A stretch of DNA of 32,000 nt, from the NCBI RefSeq assembly GCF_000092105.1, contig NC_014148.1:4080001-4112000 (forward strand), read 5' to 3'. Each line of letters begins with the position of its first letter. The stretch's first letter is position 1. The stretch comes from Planctopirus limnophila DSM 3776. GTDB lineage: Bacteria; Planctomycetota; Planctomycetia; Planctomycetales; Planctomycetaceae. This document shows positions 7,715 to 17,040 of this stretch, one piece after another. The translations under genes and the position numbers were made by a program. A model generated the notes under the pieces. That model was not told the DNA's origin, did no database searches, and saw nothing but the letters and a program-made list of their open reading frames with translations.

Positions 7715-9430
7715 TCAAGGCTTGGCGACTTTATTGGGTGCAATCAGCGCCTCCGGCTGAAGCAGATGGAAGTAATGCCCATGGTCGGCTGTGACGATGA
7801 CCAGCGACTCTTCCCAGTTACTGTGTTTTTCCACCCAGTCGGTAATGACGCGAACTGCGTTATCGCCACTTTCGATGGCTCCAATCGAGTTGTCGAGATT
7901 GTTGTCGTGATTGGCCCAATCGACATCTCCCGCTTCGACCATTAACCAGAAAGGTTTCTTCTTTGCTTCGAGCACCACGAGAGCGGCTTCCGTCATCTGT
8001 GCGAGCGTGGGGTTCTCGGAGAGATCGGCCCGTGTGTACTTTTCGGCCGAGCCGGAACGTCCCGGGGCCGGTTTGAAATCTCCATTGGCTGTGGCAAAGG
8101 GGAGATGCCCTTTGTAAGCACCGACACCATAGATACCGAACAGGCGTTCGTTCTTTTCTGCCGCCAGTCGAGCCATTTCCATCAGGTGACTGGCGCCATC
8201 GATGCCTGGCAGACGTTCGGCCACTCGGTACTTTCCACCATGAGTGACATCGATGGTTTGTTTGTCGGCATCAGTCAGATAGAGGTTTCCCGGAACAAAA
8301 TTTTTCCCCTGGGCAGAGGCTTGTTTGGCATCTGTCCCGGCTCCACCGCCAATAACGACATCCATCCCAGGTAATGGTGCCTGAGGATGTGCAATCGAAG
8401 GTAAACCGACCAGATCACGCGTGAGATCCTGATAGTCGTCGCGGTCAACATTATGTGCGTAAGCACAGGCGGGTGTGGCATGTGGGACGGGAACGCTGGT
8501 GACGACACCGACACTCCAGCCGAGCCTCTGTTGCTGATGGACGATCGTTTCAAACTGGCTGCCATCAGGATAGACGTTGACGGCGTTATTATAGGTTTTT
8601 TTACCGGCAGTCATGCTCGATGCTGAGCTGGAAGAATCAGTGTAAGCGTGCTTGACTCGTTTATCAGAAGCACTGGCAATGGGATACTTCGGGTCTGCAG
8701 CAATCGACCAGGGAAATTCGCCGCCACGGGTGACGTCGTAGCCTCCCAGCATTTTTCCGCCGGGGTTTTTGACCGTTTGCAGATCGACATCGACCTGAGT
8801 CCCCTCGTTATGAGGGCTGGTGACCATGTAGCCGAATCCGGTTGTTCCGCCGGCTGTGTAATCCTGGAAATGAAAGCCTGTTCCGCGGCCCTCTTTGTAG
8901 GCCACCTTTTGATTGCGATCGATGGACGCATTCCACGTCGATTGCCAATCCATGCCATCGAAGACCACGAGAAAGATATACTTTTTCCCGGCTTGTGCGG
9001 CGGCCTTCTGGAGGTCGTACAGATTGGTCTGATCGCAATAGCTGGCCTGGGGATTCACTGTCGCTTCAGGAAGAAAACCATAGATCTTCCGCAGAGCGTC
9101 GGCGGATCGATAAGGGCTGTTTTCTCCCATGTAGGCGGCGAGTTCTGTCGGGGCCGGCTTCTGCCCAGCCTGAGTTTGAAGTGGACGCGTGCCGAACGTG
9201 TAGATCGGGATCAACCGATTCGAGTGACTGCCCCACTGTGTGTATTCTTCAGGCTTGTAGCCCCAATGACCAAAATCGGCCTGATTGCGGCCAATCGCCA
9301 TGGTCTGCAGTTCGCGAATATGATCATTTCGGGCTGGTTCTTCACCGGCTGCCCAAAGAATGGTTCCCGTCATCAGCAGCATCAACAGGCACAGCTTGGA
9401 AAGATTATGGATCGAATTCGGTCTGGTCAT
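7715..9430 (-). CDS. Secreted alkaline phosphatase family protein (PhoA-type)
   Basis: YTDSSSSASSMTAGKKT is the active-site D-S-x-x-S-A-S/T block, and a distal IVTADHGH metal site is present. The ORF extends to 9622, but the ATG at 9430 gives a signal peptide (MTRPNSIHNLSKLCLLMLLMTGTILWAAG). Confidence 0.85.
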   Translation of the reverse strand: MTRPNSIHNLSKLCLLMLLMTGTILWAAGEEPARNDHIRELQTMAIGRNQADFGHWGYKPEEYTQWGSHSNRLIPIYTFGTRPLQTQAGQKPAPTELAAYMGENSPYRSADALRKIYGFLPEATVNPQASYCDQTNLYDLQKAAAQAGKKYIFLVVFDGMDWQSTWNASIDRNQKVAYKEGRGTGFHFQDYTAGGTTGFGYMVTSPHNEGTQVDVDLQTVKNPGGKMLGGYDVTRGGEFPWSIAADPKYPIASASDKRVKHAYTDSSSSASSMTAGKKTYNNAVNVYPDGSQFETIVHQQQRLGWSVGVVTSVPVPHATPACAYAHNVDRDDYQDLTRDLVGLPSIAHPQAPLPGMDVVIGGGAGTDAKQASAQGKNFVPGNLYLTDADKQTIDVTHGGKYRVAERLPGIDGASHLMEMARLAAEKNERLFGIYGVGAYKGHLPFATANGDFKPAPGRSGSAEKYTRADLSENPTLAQMTEAALVVLEAKKKPFWLMVEAGDVDWANHDNNLDNSIGAIESGDNAVRVITDWVEKHSNWEESLVIVTADHGHYFHLLQPEALIAPNKVAKP

Positions 9431-9459
9431 GAGGCTATTCCAACTTCTTCCAGAAATTG

Positions 9460-9506
9460 CTGTGCTTCGAGAGAATCTCTGTGCTTCGAGAGAATCTCTG
9501 TGCTTC
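9460..9506. repeat. 19-bp tandem direct repeat, about 2.5 copies, upstream of the alkaline phosphatase gene
   Basis: ctgtgcttcgagagaatct at 9460-9478 and 9479-9497 are identical. A partial third copy, ctgtgcttc, lies at 9498-9506. The tract is 30-76 bp upstream of the preferred ATG (9430, minus strand). Confidence 0.9.
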
Positions 9507-9765
9507 CAAAAAATCACAGTGCGAATGGTCGCAACTGGCCTTCGTCGCCACTCCCCGTTACCTGCCGCCAAGCGGCAACCGGCAGGATCAAACATACTGG
9601 CTTTTATCTCTGGGCAAACCATTGATGGATTTGATCGTTTGCGACAAATCTTTAGGTGCTACTGAGAGTGACAAGGAGTCTGGCAGGCCGCAAGTGAAAG
9701 GGCTGGAACAGACCCGGCTACATCAAAATTTCGCAGAGTCAGCGTTTCGTCATTCGGCCCGAAAA

Positions 9766-9984
9766 CTACAGCTTGTATGACAGGATCCACAGGACGGCAA
9801 AGGCCAGGAGCATGGCGGTCAGAATGGTGACGCACAAACGAAAAGCCCGACGGAGAATGACATCAGGGAGCTCATAACGGCTCGCGCTATAAACGAGGCT
9901 GATGACCATCGCCAGTGGGAGGAGATACCAGGTGGGAACAATTTCGGCGAGCAGCATGAGTCTACCTCGTTCAACCGTCAGCAT
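9766..9984 (-). CDS. Small membrane protein (two predicted TM helices), hypothetical
   Basis: 72-aa ORF downstream of and co-oriented with the 10092-11063 membrane protein. Hydrophobic segments LLPLAMVISLVY and LCVTILTAMLLAFAVLWIL. Confidence 0.5.
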   Translation of the reverse strand: MLTVERGRLMLLAEIVPTWYLLPLAMVISLVYSASRYELPDVILRRAFRLCVTILTAMLLAFAVLWILSYKL

Positions 9985-10091
9985 GACAAAACAGTCAAAG
10001 ATTTCCTACCCGACGAACAACCGAAACATCCCAGAGCTTCATGTCGAGACGGCATCTCGCTTGGTCGTCCTGAGAACTGGCGACAGGCCAG

Positions 10092-11063
10092 TCAGGTTTT
10101 GAGAACGGCTTGAGGTGGTTTGGCAGTTCGACTTTCAGAACTCGTGGCTGAGTTTCCACTGGTCGCTTCCGTCGCAATTGTCGCTGAAGAACTCTCTGCC
10201 GATGGAGCAGGTCGTGGCTGTTCATCACCAAAGCCATAAGCCGGCCCTTCGACACAATCCCAGATCGCGAAAAGATTGAGTAAACCGGCGATCAATGTGA
10301 AAACAACTGCCATATCATATTTCGCGCCTAGACGCCGATAGACATCGTTCAGACTTGGCTGATCAGGTGGTGCTTCAAACGAATCCATGAATGATCTGGG
10401 AGTGCTGCCAATCAGTAGCCTCTGCAGGTCGGGATGATCGTTCGGATTGCGACCAATGCTGACTTCAAGCGTTCTGCCAGAACCTCCTCCAATCTGGGGA
10501 GCCAATAGAAACCGGCTGCCACCCAGAGGCAGATCGACCTGACGATCTCCCACCGTTCCTACAAAGCGGCCGCCCAGTTCATAGCTGAAGGCCGTTCGCT
10601 CGGACGTAATGGTTAAAGTTCCTTTGGCAGGGCCACCCACACCTTCTCTGCCTGGGCCAATAGCTTTCAACTCACCTTCGAAAGGAAGTGTGAGTGTGCC
10701 GGAAATCGATGAAAGTTCGAGTGGTCGATTGGCGGGCTGTGCGGCACGCAGCCCCTGAAAGTAAGCGGGAAGAGCCACAGCACCTGTCAACAGTTGCGTG
10801 GCATACCAGACTGTGGGCAGGCGGGTGTCGGCTTTATGGTACACGACCATGCCATCGCCAAGTTTCATACCACCCAGAAATGTGCCCAGAATACAGAAAA
10901 AGTAAATCGTCCCCTTGAACCACCGCCCCTGATAAAAATGACCAGCGCCGGGGATGAGAAAGGCCAGCACGCCGGCAATCCACGGGTTGGCCTCTAACCA
11001 GAGCGCGCGATGCGGCTCCATGGCCATTTCTGGAGAGGCGGCATTCGTTTTCGATTCGGTCAT
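10092..11063 (-). CDS. Integral membrane protein, hypothetical
   Basis: IAGVLAFLIPGAGHFYQGRWFKGTIYFFCILGTFLGG is a TM hairpin. Further TM segments follow, including a late TM (MAVVFTLIAGLLNLFAIW) and a Ser/Thr-rich tail. The ORF opens at 11099; I prefer the ATG at 11063 (MTESK). Confidence 0.65.
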   Translation of the reverse strand: MTESKTNAASPEMAMEPHRALWLEANPWIAGVLAFLIPGAGHFYQGRWFKGTIYFFCILGTFLGGMKLGDGMVVYHKADTRLPTVWYATQLLTGAVALPAYFQGLRAAQPANRPLELSSISGTLTLPFEGELKAIGPGREGVGGPAKGTLTITSERTAFSYELGGRFVGTVGDRQVDLPLGGSRFLLAPQIGGGSGRTLEVSIGRNPNDHPDLQRLLIGSTPRSFMDSFEAPPDQPSLNDVYRRLGAKYDMAVVFTLIAGLLNLFAIWDCVEGPAYGFGDEQPRPAPSAESSSATIATEATSGNSATSSESRTAKPPQAVLKT

Positions 11064-11421
11064 CTCTTCCCTGCCAGCAGAACAGCGGAACATGAGCACA
11101 GTTTGAACACAGGAGAAGCCCGGGCTCGTGCCAATCGCAGTTTAAACATCCACTGACGATCTGACCAGCAGAGTCTGAAACTTGGCTCGACTGGCTGGCC
11201 AGCCTCGCTTTCGTTCAAGTTCAATTCCCTGAATGATCACCGCTGTTGAGGTTCATCCATCAAGCTTCAATTTCCCATTTCCCGATTGTCGGTTTCCCCT
11301 GCGTGTATTAGCTTTTTCGAGAATCGTCCCGTCACGAGACGCAGACAATTCCTGTACCATCAGAATTCAACTGATGTGGATGGGCCACTTCGGTCTCAGG
11401 CCTTGACCCACCAGAAAGACC

Positions 11422-12399
11422 ATGATCATGCTCCAGCTCTTGAGAACTCTCTGCTTCGGTATGGCCTGCACCTCAACAGATCTGAGTCACTCCCGACTTG
11501 TGATAGGGTGCCTGACTTCTTTACTGGCGTGCTGTCTCAGTTTCATGACCAGCAATGCGGCTGTGGCTCAAACAGAATTGATCCTGAAGTTCAAAGCGGG
11601 TGATGTGTATCAGCAGAAGGTGACGACGAGCACAATCACTGGTGGAGTGGTAGCCGAAAAGCCGGTGAAGACGACGCTTCAACAGGAAATGCTGATCACG
11701 ACAAAAGTAGAGGCAGTTACAGAAAGCGGAGCTGGCAAGCTGAGTCAGGTGATTGACCAGATCACCTTGGATATCGACCTTCCGAATGGAAAATCGGTCG
11801 CTTACGATTCGAACCAGAAAGAGTTTTCTGATCCACTGCTGACTGCCTTACATAAGACACTGGGATTACTGGATGGCGCCAAGTTCCAGTTCACGGTCTC
11901 ACCTCGGGGAGAATTCAGTGATTTTGTCATCCCGCCAGAGTTAGCTCAAATCGCCAAGGCTCAACCGCAGGGGTTGATGGGAGACAGCCTGTCGGAAGCG
12001 AGTCTACGCCGGATGTTTGAAGATACGAGTGTTTCACTTCCCCAGGGGCCCATTAACAAGGGGGCCACATGGAACCGAAAAACAAATGTAAAACTTCCGA
12101 TTGGCGAGATTGTCAGTCATCTCACATTCACTTACGAAGGGCCTGAGAACGAGACTTTGGAGCGAATTGCCGTCGGTGGTGATATCGAGATGACACCGGC
12201 AGAAAAGTCACCTTTGGCAGTGACATTGAACTCGAAGAAGCTTTCGGGAGTGGTGCTGTTCGACAAAGTGGCGGGGCGGGTTGAATCGAATCAGATCAAA
12301 CAAGTCCTGGAAGTGACTGTCGCCGCCGGTGGTCAGACGAATGACATTACGATCGAGAGTGAAGTGAAAACCAAGCTGCTCCCGGCCGCCAAAGAGTAG
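11422..12399 (+). CDS. Secreted hypothetical protein
   Basis: 325-aa ORF with an N-terminal signal-like region ending SNAAVAQ. The remainder is beta-rich-looking and T/V/K-rich. No domain recognised. Confidence 0.65.
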   Translation: MIMLQLLRTLCFGMACTSTDLSHSRLVIGCLTSLLACCLSFMTSNAAVAQTELILKFKAGDVYQQKVTTSTITGGVVAEKPVKTTLQQEMLITTKVEAVTESGAGKLSQVIDQITLDIDLPNGKSVAYDSNQKEFSDPLLTALHKTLGLLDGAKFQFTVSPRGEFSDFVIPPELAQIAKAQPQGLMGDSLSEASLRRMFEDTSVSLPQGPINKGATWNRKTNVKLPIGEIVSHLTFTYEGPENETLERIAVGGDIEMTPAEKSPLAVTLNSKKLSGVVLFDKVAGRVESNQIKQVLEVTVAAGGQTNDITIESEVKTKLLPAAKE

Positions 12400-12498
12400 T
12401 TTTAGGACTGGCTCGTTTCGATCTGACAGCGACAAATCATTCGATGTGCCATGTATAGTATTTCTGCATCTATGTATATAGATTTCAGGATTTAATCA

Positions 12499-12597
12499 CG
12501 CTCCTTGGTATGGGGTGGCTGGGGCCACACGTCTTCGCGAACCCCCCAGTTCTTGCCGAAAATCACTGGGGGTTCGAAGACTCAACCCCAGCCACCC
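12499..12597 (+). repeat. ~98-bp palindromic intergenic repeat, family A, copy 1
   Basis: cgctccttggtatggggtggctgggg...cgtcttcgcgaacccccca-gttcttgccgaaaatcac-tgggggttcgaagactcaaccccagccaccc. By manual alignment it is about 90% identical to the reverse complement of 22432-22529. The long imperfect hairpin lies between convergent genes (ends 12399 and 12636). Confidence 0.9.
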
Positions 12598-12635
12598 TCC
12601 GCGCAGTCGTTTCTTGGAATCCGTATTAGATGTGT

Positions 12636-12854
12636 TTAATAGTGAGGCGGCTTTTCGTCGATGGGCGCGTCTGCATCGGGGAATTCCAGAGCACGGACTT
12701 TGCCTTCGAGCAGAGTAACCTGCCGATGGGCCGCTTTCAGTTCGCGTTGCATGGCAATGAGGACCTCATGCATCTGTTCGACATCATGCTGCAGATGGGC
12801 CAGTGCCATTTCGACAGCCATGAGTCGATCTTCGGGGGATGGTCCATCGGCCAT
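12636..12854 (-). CDS. slyX: SlyX family protein
   Basis: Short coiled-coil protein (EDRLMAVEMALAHLQHDVEQM...LLEGKV) ending in EKPPHY, the characteristic SlyX C-terminal PPPHY-type tail. The ORF opens at 12884; an alternative ATG is at 12854. Confidence 0.75.
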   Translation of the reverse strand: MADGPSPEDRLMAVEMALAHLQHDVEQMHEVLIAMQRELKAAHRQVTLLEGKVRALEFPDADAPIDEKPPHY

Positions 12855-12945
12855 AAAGTGATCTCGCGTCGAGGGCAGGCTCAAGAGTTTCTCAGTCAGG
12901 CAGCCTCATGCATGCCGCTTTGAGAAATGAACTCTACAGTAAACT

Positions 12946-14310
12946 TTAGCGGAGAGCATCGAGTGCCCGAAGCCTCAGTGCTGAAATCGCAGGAAGAAAC
13001 CCGCCAATGAGGCCCATCACCATGGCCAGCATCAGTCCTGAAATCAGCGTAGCACCATCGACAGTCAGTTCCAGAACGACCGATTTTCCACCGCCACCGC
13101 TCCCTGAGACGACACTGTTGGCTGTCCAGCCATCGGCGAACAAGCCAATCAAACAACCCAGCAGCCCTCCGAACAGTGCCAGGAGCAGCGATTCCAGCAC
13201 AAACGAGACAAGGATGTGCCTGCGCTTGAAGCCCATAAGTTGCAGGACACCGATATCTTTGATTCGCTGAGAGACAGCCGCATACATGGTGTTCATCACG
13301 CCAAAGCTGCCACCAATCGCCATGATGCATGCCACAATAATAATGGCATATAGAAACTGCTCATTTGTCTGCGACAGCTTCTTGTAATACTCCGATTCAA
13401 CTTCGGCACTTAATTGTGCTTTGGTATATTCGGTATTAAAGAATTCCTTGAGTTTTTGAGCACTGGCGTTGTCAGCCGTCCGCGCGACCATGGTCGTGTA
13501 GCGTTCTTTACCGAACATCGGGCCGACGACACTCTGTTTACTCCAGATCTCTGAATCGAATGATGAACCAGTCCGCTTAAGAATCCCGGTGACATACCAC
13601 ACGCGGTTATTCAGTTCAAAACGGTCGCCGACAACGAATTCTTTGCGGGAACGGCCGTCAATCGTGCCTCGATCTCGCCCCATTTCCGTGGCCATGCCAG
13701 CTCCCATCACCACCTCGACGAGTGGAGCCGCATTCACATCATCCGGGTCAGGGCGAATCCCGGCTTCCGAAAACCATTCACCAGAATCGAGAGTCATGCC
13801 ATGCACTCGACCAGCCATGACAGGATCGACGAGGCCACGGATCTGTAGAAAGCGGCGTTTCGTTTTCCCTTCAGGTTGCGGAACACTCTGGGCGGCGAGG
13901 AGATACGTTTCGCAACTGACCAGAGGCTGTTCGCCATCCTTCAAGATCCCCGGTTGATTGGCAATATCGTTGGAATCGGCCATGGCGAGACTGCTGAAGG
14001 CTTCATCCAAGGCACCTTCAGCCAGAATCAGCACGTTGCCGGGCTGACCACTGGTTTCCGTCAGGCGGTACATGCCATTCACAAAAGCCTGCATGACTGT
14101 CAACAGGCCAATGACCATAGTAAAGGCCATGGCCGAGAGGAGCGTATTCCTCCAGCGCACGACCATATTCAACACGTTGTACATGACCGGGACGCGATTG
14201 ATCACCAGCAGAATTGCCAGGAATGAACCCATACCCCAGACAGTAAAGGCCAGCCAGGCTGGCAGCCTCCAGGAATCGACGATTGCGAATGTCAGTCCAG
14301 TATTAATCAT
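12946..14310 (-). CDS. ABC transporter permease, FtsX/MacB-like with a large periplasmic domain
   Basis: One N-terminal TM, a ~250-aa extracytoplasmic domain, then a C-terminal FtsX block (AVSQRIKDIGVLQLMGFKRRHILVSFVLESLLLALFGGLLG) with 3 TM helices. Confidence 0.85.
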   Translation of the reverse strand: MINTGLTFAIVDSWRLPAWLAFTVWGMGSFLAILLVINRVPVMYNVLNMVVRWRNTLLSAMAFTMVIGLLTVMQAFVNGMYRLTETSGQPGNVLILAEGALDEAFSSLAMADSNDIANQPGILKDGEQPLVSCETYLLAAQSVPQPEGKTKRRFLQIRGLVDPVMAGRVHGMTLDSGEWFSEAGIRPDPDDVNAAPLVEVVMGAGMATEMGRDRGTIDGRSRKEFVVGDRFELNNRVWYVTGILKRTGSSFDSEIWSKQSVVGPMFGKERYTTMVARTADNASAQKLKEFFNTEYTKAQLSAEVESEYYKKLSQTNEQFLYAIIIVACIMAIGGSFGVMNTMYAAVSQRIKDIGVLQLMGFKRRHILVSFVLESLLLALFGGLLGCLIGLFADGWTANSVVSGSGGGGKSVVLELTVDGATLISGLMLAMVMGLIGGFLPAISALRLRALDALR

Positions 14311-14382
14311 GATGATCCGCAGGCAATCACTTCTTTATTGAACAGTCTCTTCAATAGCCACTATGTCAATTAATAGAATTTA

Positions 14383-15651
14383 TTAAGTGACGCGACTGAA
14401 GATTTCCGAAACTTTGACACTGCAGGCTGACCAGGCAGGAATCAGACTCCCCAGGAGGGCGGTGCCAGCACCCATTAATGTACCAACAAATATGGCACTG
14501 ACAGGGACATCAAAAGTGGGTAGAAATCCAATTTTGAAGGGCAAACCACCCAGCCCGTAATTCACAAAGGCGTAGGTTGCGGTGGCACTGAAGAAGCCGG
14601 CCACGACACCTACTAATAAAGCCTCACCCAGCACCAGCAGGAGAATCTGATAAGGTTGAAAACCGAGCACTTTCATGACAGCGAACTCCTGTTGCCGCTC
14701 GCGCACGCTGATGCTGATCGAGTTCGCGATGACTAACGCCAAAGTGGCCATACATGCCGGTGCCAGGAGATAGCGGGCCCCCCATAACAGATCGCGATAA
14801 CCTTCGAGAAAGTTGCCGATGCCGGAAGAGGCGGTCTCGACTTTGACTGCTGGTGCAGAAAATTCAGGAGCCTCGGCAATTTGATTAGCGACCTCATTGA
14901 AGGCATCGCGAGTCGGGACACGCAGCCAGACAAGGTTCAACGATTTGTCTGCCAGAGGATGAGGCTTACCTTTATCACGCTGATACTGATCGAGTGCCGA
15001 ATTCAGGTAGTCACGACGAAAAGTGGTCGATTCATCATATCGGCCTTGAGGGAAAGTTCCTACGATTTCAAATTCGAGAGAAATATCTTTATAATTACGG
15101 CTATAGAGTTTAAAGCGGTCGCCGACCTTTTTATTCAGCTTCTTCATCCGGCTCTGGCCGAGAATGATCCCCTGCTTATTCTGCTTGAGTTTCTCGACGG
15201 CCGCCGCGAGATTTTTATAGTCACTGGAATCGGGCGAAAGCTCATCGAGTTCATCCATCATGGTGAGAACTTTTTCAGGTTCCATCACGAAGGCAAAGAT
15301 GAAAGAGTTGAAATCGCGACTCGATTGATCCGCTTCGAGTGAACCGAGAAAAAAGGCCCAGGACATATAATCGGTCGGTCGAGTATCTGTCTCATTTTTG
15401 GCAGCACCCTGGGCCAGACCAGCGACATATCGGTATGGCAACTGGCTGGGAATCTGCCACTTCTCGGTCGCAATCAGCTTGAGATTCGCACTTTTTTCCG
15501 TCGTGATTCGATCAAGGTTATCGAGGACGGTGTAGACGAGCGTGACGACCAGTACGAGGGCGACGGTCCCCAGTGCGGTTAATAAAGTGCGCAAGGGATT
15601 CCGGAACGTATTGTCCAGCACCAGCCATGCCAGCCGTAATGTTAAACCCAT
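14383..15651 (-). CDS. ABC transporter permease, FtsX family
   Basis: N-terminus MGLTLRLAWLVLDNTFRNPLRTLLTALG is typical of FtsX-type permeases. C-terminal block SVRERQQEFAVMKVLGFQPYQILLLVLGEALLVG. Co-oriented with the neighbouring permease and ATPase genes. Confidence 0.85.
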   Translation of the reverse strand: MGLTLRLAWLVLDNTFRNPLRTLLTALGTVALVLVVTLVYTVLDNLDRITTEKSANLKLIATEKWQIPSQLPYRYVAGLAQGAAKNETDTRPTDYMSWAFFLGSLEADQSSRDFNSFIFAFVMEPEKVLTMMDELDELSPDSSDYKNLAAAVEKLKQNKQGIILGQSRMKKLNKKVGDRFKLYSRNYKDISLEFEIVGTFPQGRYDESTTFRRDYLNSALDQYQRDKGKPHPLADKSLNLVWLRVPTRDAFNEVANQIAEAPEFSAPAVKVETASSGIGNFLEGYRDLLWGARYLLAPACMATLALVIANSISISVRERQQEFAVMKVLGFQPYQILLLVLGEALLVGVVAGFFSATATYAFVNYGLGGLPFKIGFLPTFDVPVSAIFVGTLMGAGTALLGSLIPAWSACSVKVSEIFSRVT

Positions 15652-15776
15652 ATTGTTATTCGCTTGATCCGGTCATTTTCATCCGCATCATCGGGAGCAA
15701 GTTTCAAACCCCGGCGATGAAAACACGATCGTTGTTTTTCTAGTTATCTACCGAGCAGTTGCCAAAATATCTTATT

Positions 15777-15832
15777 CTGATGCCTGATGCCTGATGCCTG
15801 AAGTCTGAAGTCTGAAGTCTGAAGTCTGAAAT
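15777..15832. repeat. Heptanucleotide microsatellite: (CTGATGC)x3 (CTGAAGT)x4 (CTGAAAT)x1
   Basis: Eight contiguous 7-bp units counted directly from the sequence. The tract lies in the 193-bp spacer between the ABC ATPase gene (stop 15845) and the first permease gene (start 15651). Confidence 0.95.
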
Positions 15833-15844
15833 AATCCACAGGGC

Positions 15845-16567
15845 TTAATGAACACCGGAAAAGGTGTGGGCTCCATAAACTTCATCGACGAGTTTCCCCT
15901 TCTCGAGATGTAAAGTGCGATCGGCCCGGGCAGCGGCTTTCGGGTCGTGGGTCACCATGACAATGGTTTTGTTCAGCGAGCTTTTTAAAGCGACGAGTAA
16001 GGCAAGAATTTCGTCGGCCGCTTTACTGTCGAGATCGCCCGTCGGTTCGTCCGCCACAATCAGGGCGGGATCGGTAACGAGCGCCCGGGCAATTCCCACG
16101 CGCTGCTGTTGACCGCCGGAAAGTTGACCGGGGCGATGATGCATACGATCCGAGAGATTCACAATGTTCAGCGCCATTTCGACCTGCTGCCGGCGCTGGG
16201 CGGCTGTCATCGGGAGCAGTAAAAGTGGCAACTCCACATTGCGATATGCGGAGAGGACAGGGAGCAGGTGATAGAACTGGAACACGAAGCCGATGTTCCG
16301 TGTGCGCCACAGGGCGAGTTTGCCTTCGGAGAGGCGGGAGATCGGCTCACCACGCACTGTCACTTCGCCCGATGTCGGTCGATCCAGACCGGCAATCAAG
16401 TTGAGAAGTGTGGTTTTGCCTGAGCCTGAGGGGCCCATTAAGGCCAGAAACTCGCCTTCCGGGACGCGCAAAGAGAGTTCATCCAGCACATGAACTTCTT
16501 CACTTCCGCGACGAAACGATTTGGCGACATGATCAACGATGACACAATCTGTCCGGGAAGCCACCAC
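15845..16567 (-). CDS. ABC transporter ATP-binding protein (MacB/LolD-like)
   Basis: Walker [11 protein letters not shown]-loop, signature [15 protein letters not shown], Walker [13 protein letters not shown]-loop VTHD. GTG start. Confidence 0.9.
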   Translation of the reverse strand: MVASRTDCVIVDHVAKSFRRGSEEVHVLDELSLRVPEGEFLALMGPSGSGKTTLLNLIAGLDRPTSGEVTVRGEPISRLSEGKLALWRTRNIGFVFQFYHLLPVLSAYRNVELPLLLLPMTAAQRRQQVEMALNIVNLSDRMHHRPGQLSGGQQQRVGIARALVTDPALIVADEPTGDLDSKAADEILALLVALKSSLNKTIVMVTHDPKAAARADRTLHLEKGKLVDEVYGAHTFSGVH

Positions 16568-17040
16568 GCGTATGTTCCTGCAGCAGAATCTGTTTTAATA
16601 TCCGGGTGATTTTAGGACGGTTTGATTCGCGGCGTTCTCTGTCAGAAAGCTCTCAATGGCAAGCAATGCCATAACTAAGTTTGCTTAAGGACAGAGTACC
16701 GATCGAACATCATGGGTTACGAGAATTCTCTGAAAATTGATACCAAATCAATGGGAGAAGTTCTGCGGTGCCATGGAAAGTCATCATGAAGACGTCTGAG
16801 TATCTGTGAATCGATGGACATTTGTGTTGGTTTTTGAGATTTTGTTAAGAAATTGATGACCATACGCCCAGCGCGAGTAATTCTGGGAACTTTTCCCTCG
16901 AAATGATCTTCCATGTGAAATCAGTGGTTGAGACAGGTGGGCAGAGTCAGGTCTATTCGGACAATCAAGTTCCGGCCTGCCTCCGCTTTGGGTCAAATGT
17001 CATATCAACCTTTCTCGATTTGTACCGCAAAAGGTGTTTC

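Noticed and set aside
8648-9625. 325-aa plus-strand ORF (and other nested ORFs) across the alkaline phosphatase locus
   Set aside because: It is antisense to a gene with unmistakable PhoA active-site motifs. The composition is not protein-like (many Arg/Cys/His) and no domain is recognisable.
9460-15832. CRISPR array interpretation of the 19-bp (9460-9506) and 7-bp (15777-15832) repeats
   Set aside because: The repeats are directly contiguous with no unique spacers and the units are far too short. No cas genes are present in the window.
16903-17040. N-terminal 46-aa extension of the large lipoprotein ORF
   Set aside because: The extension (MIFHVKSVVETGGQSQVYSDN...) precedes a much better start followed by a lipoprotein signal peptide. 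It is probably 5' UTR kept open by chance.
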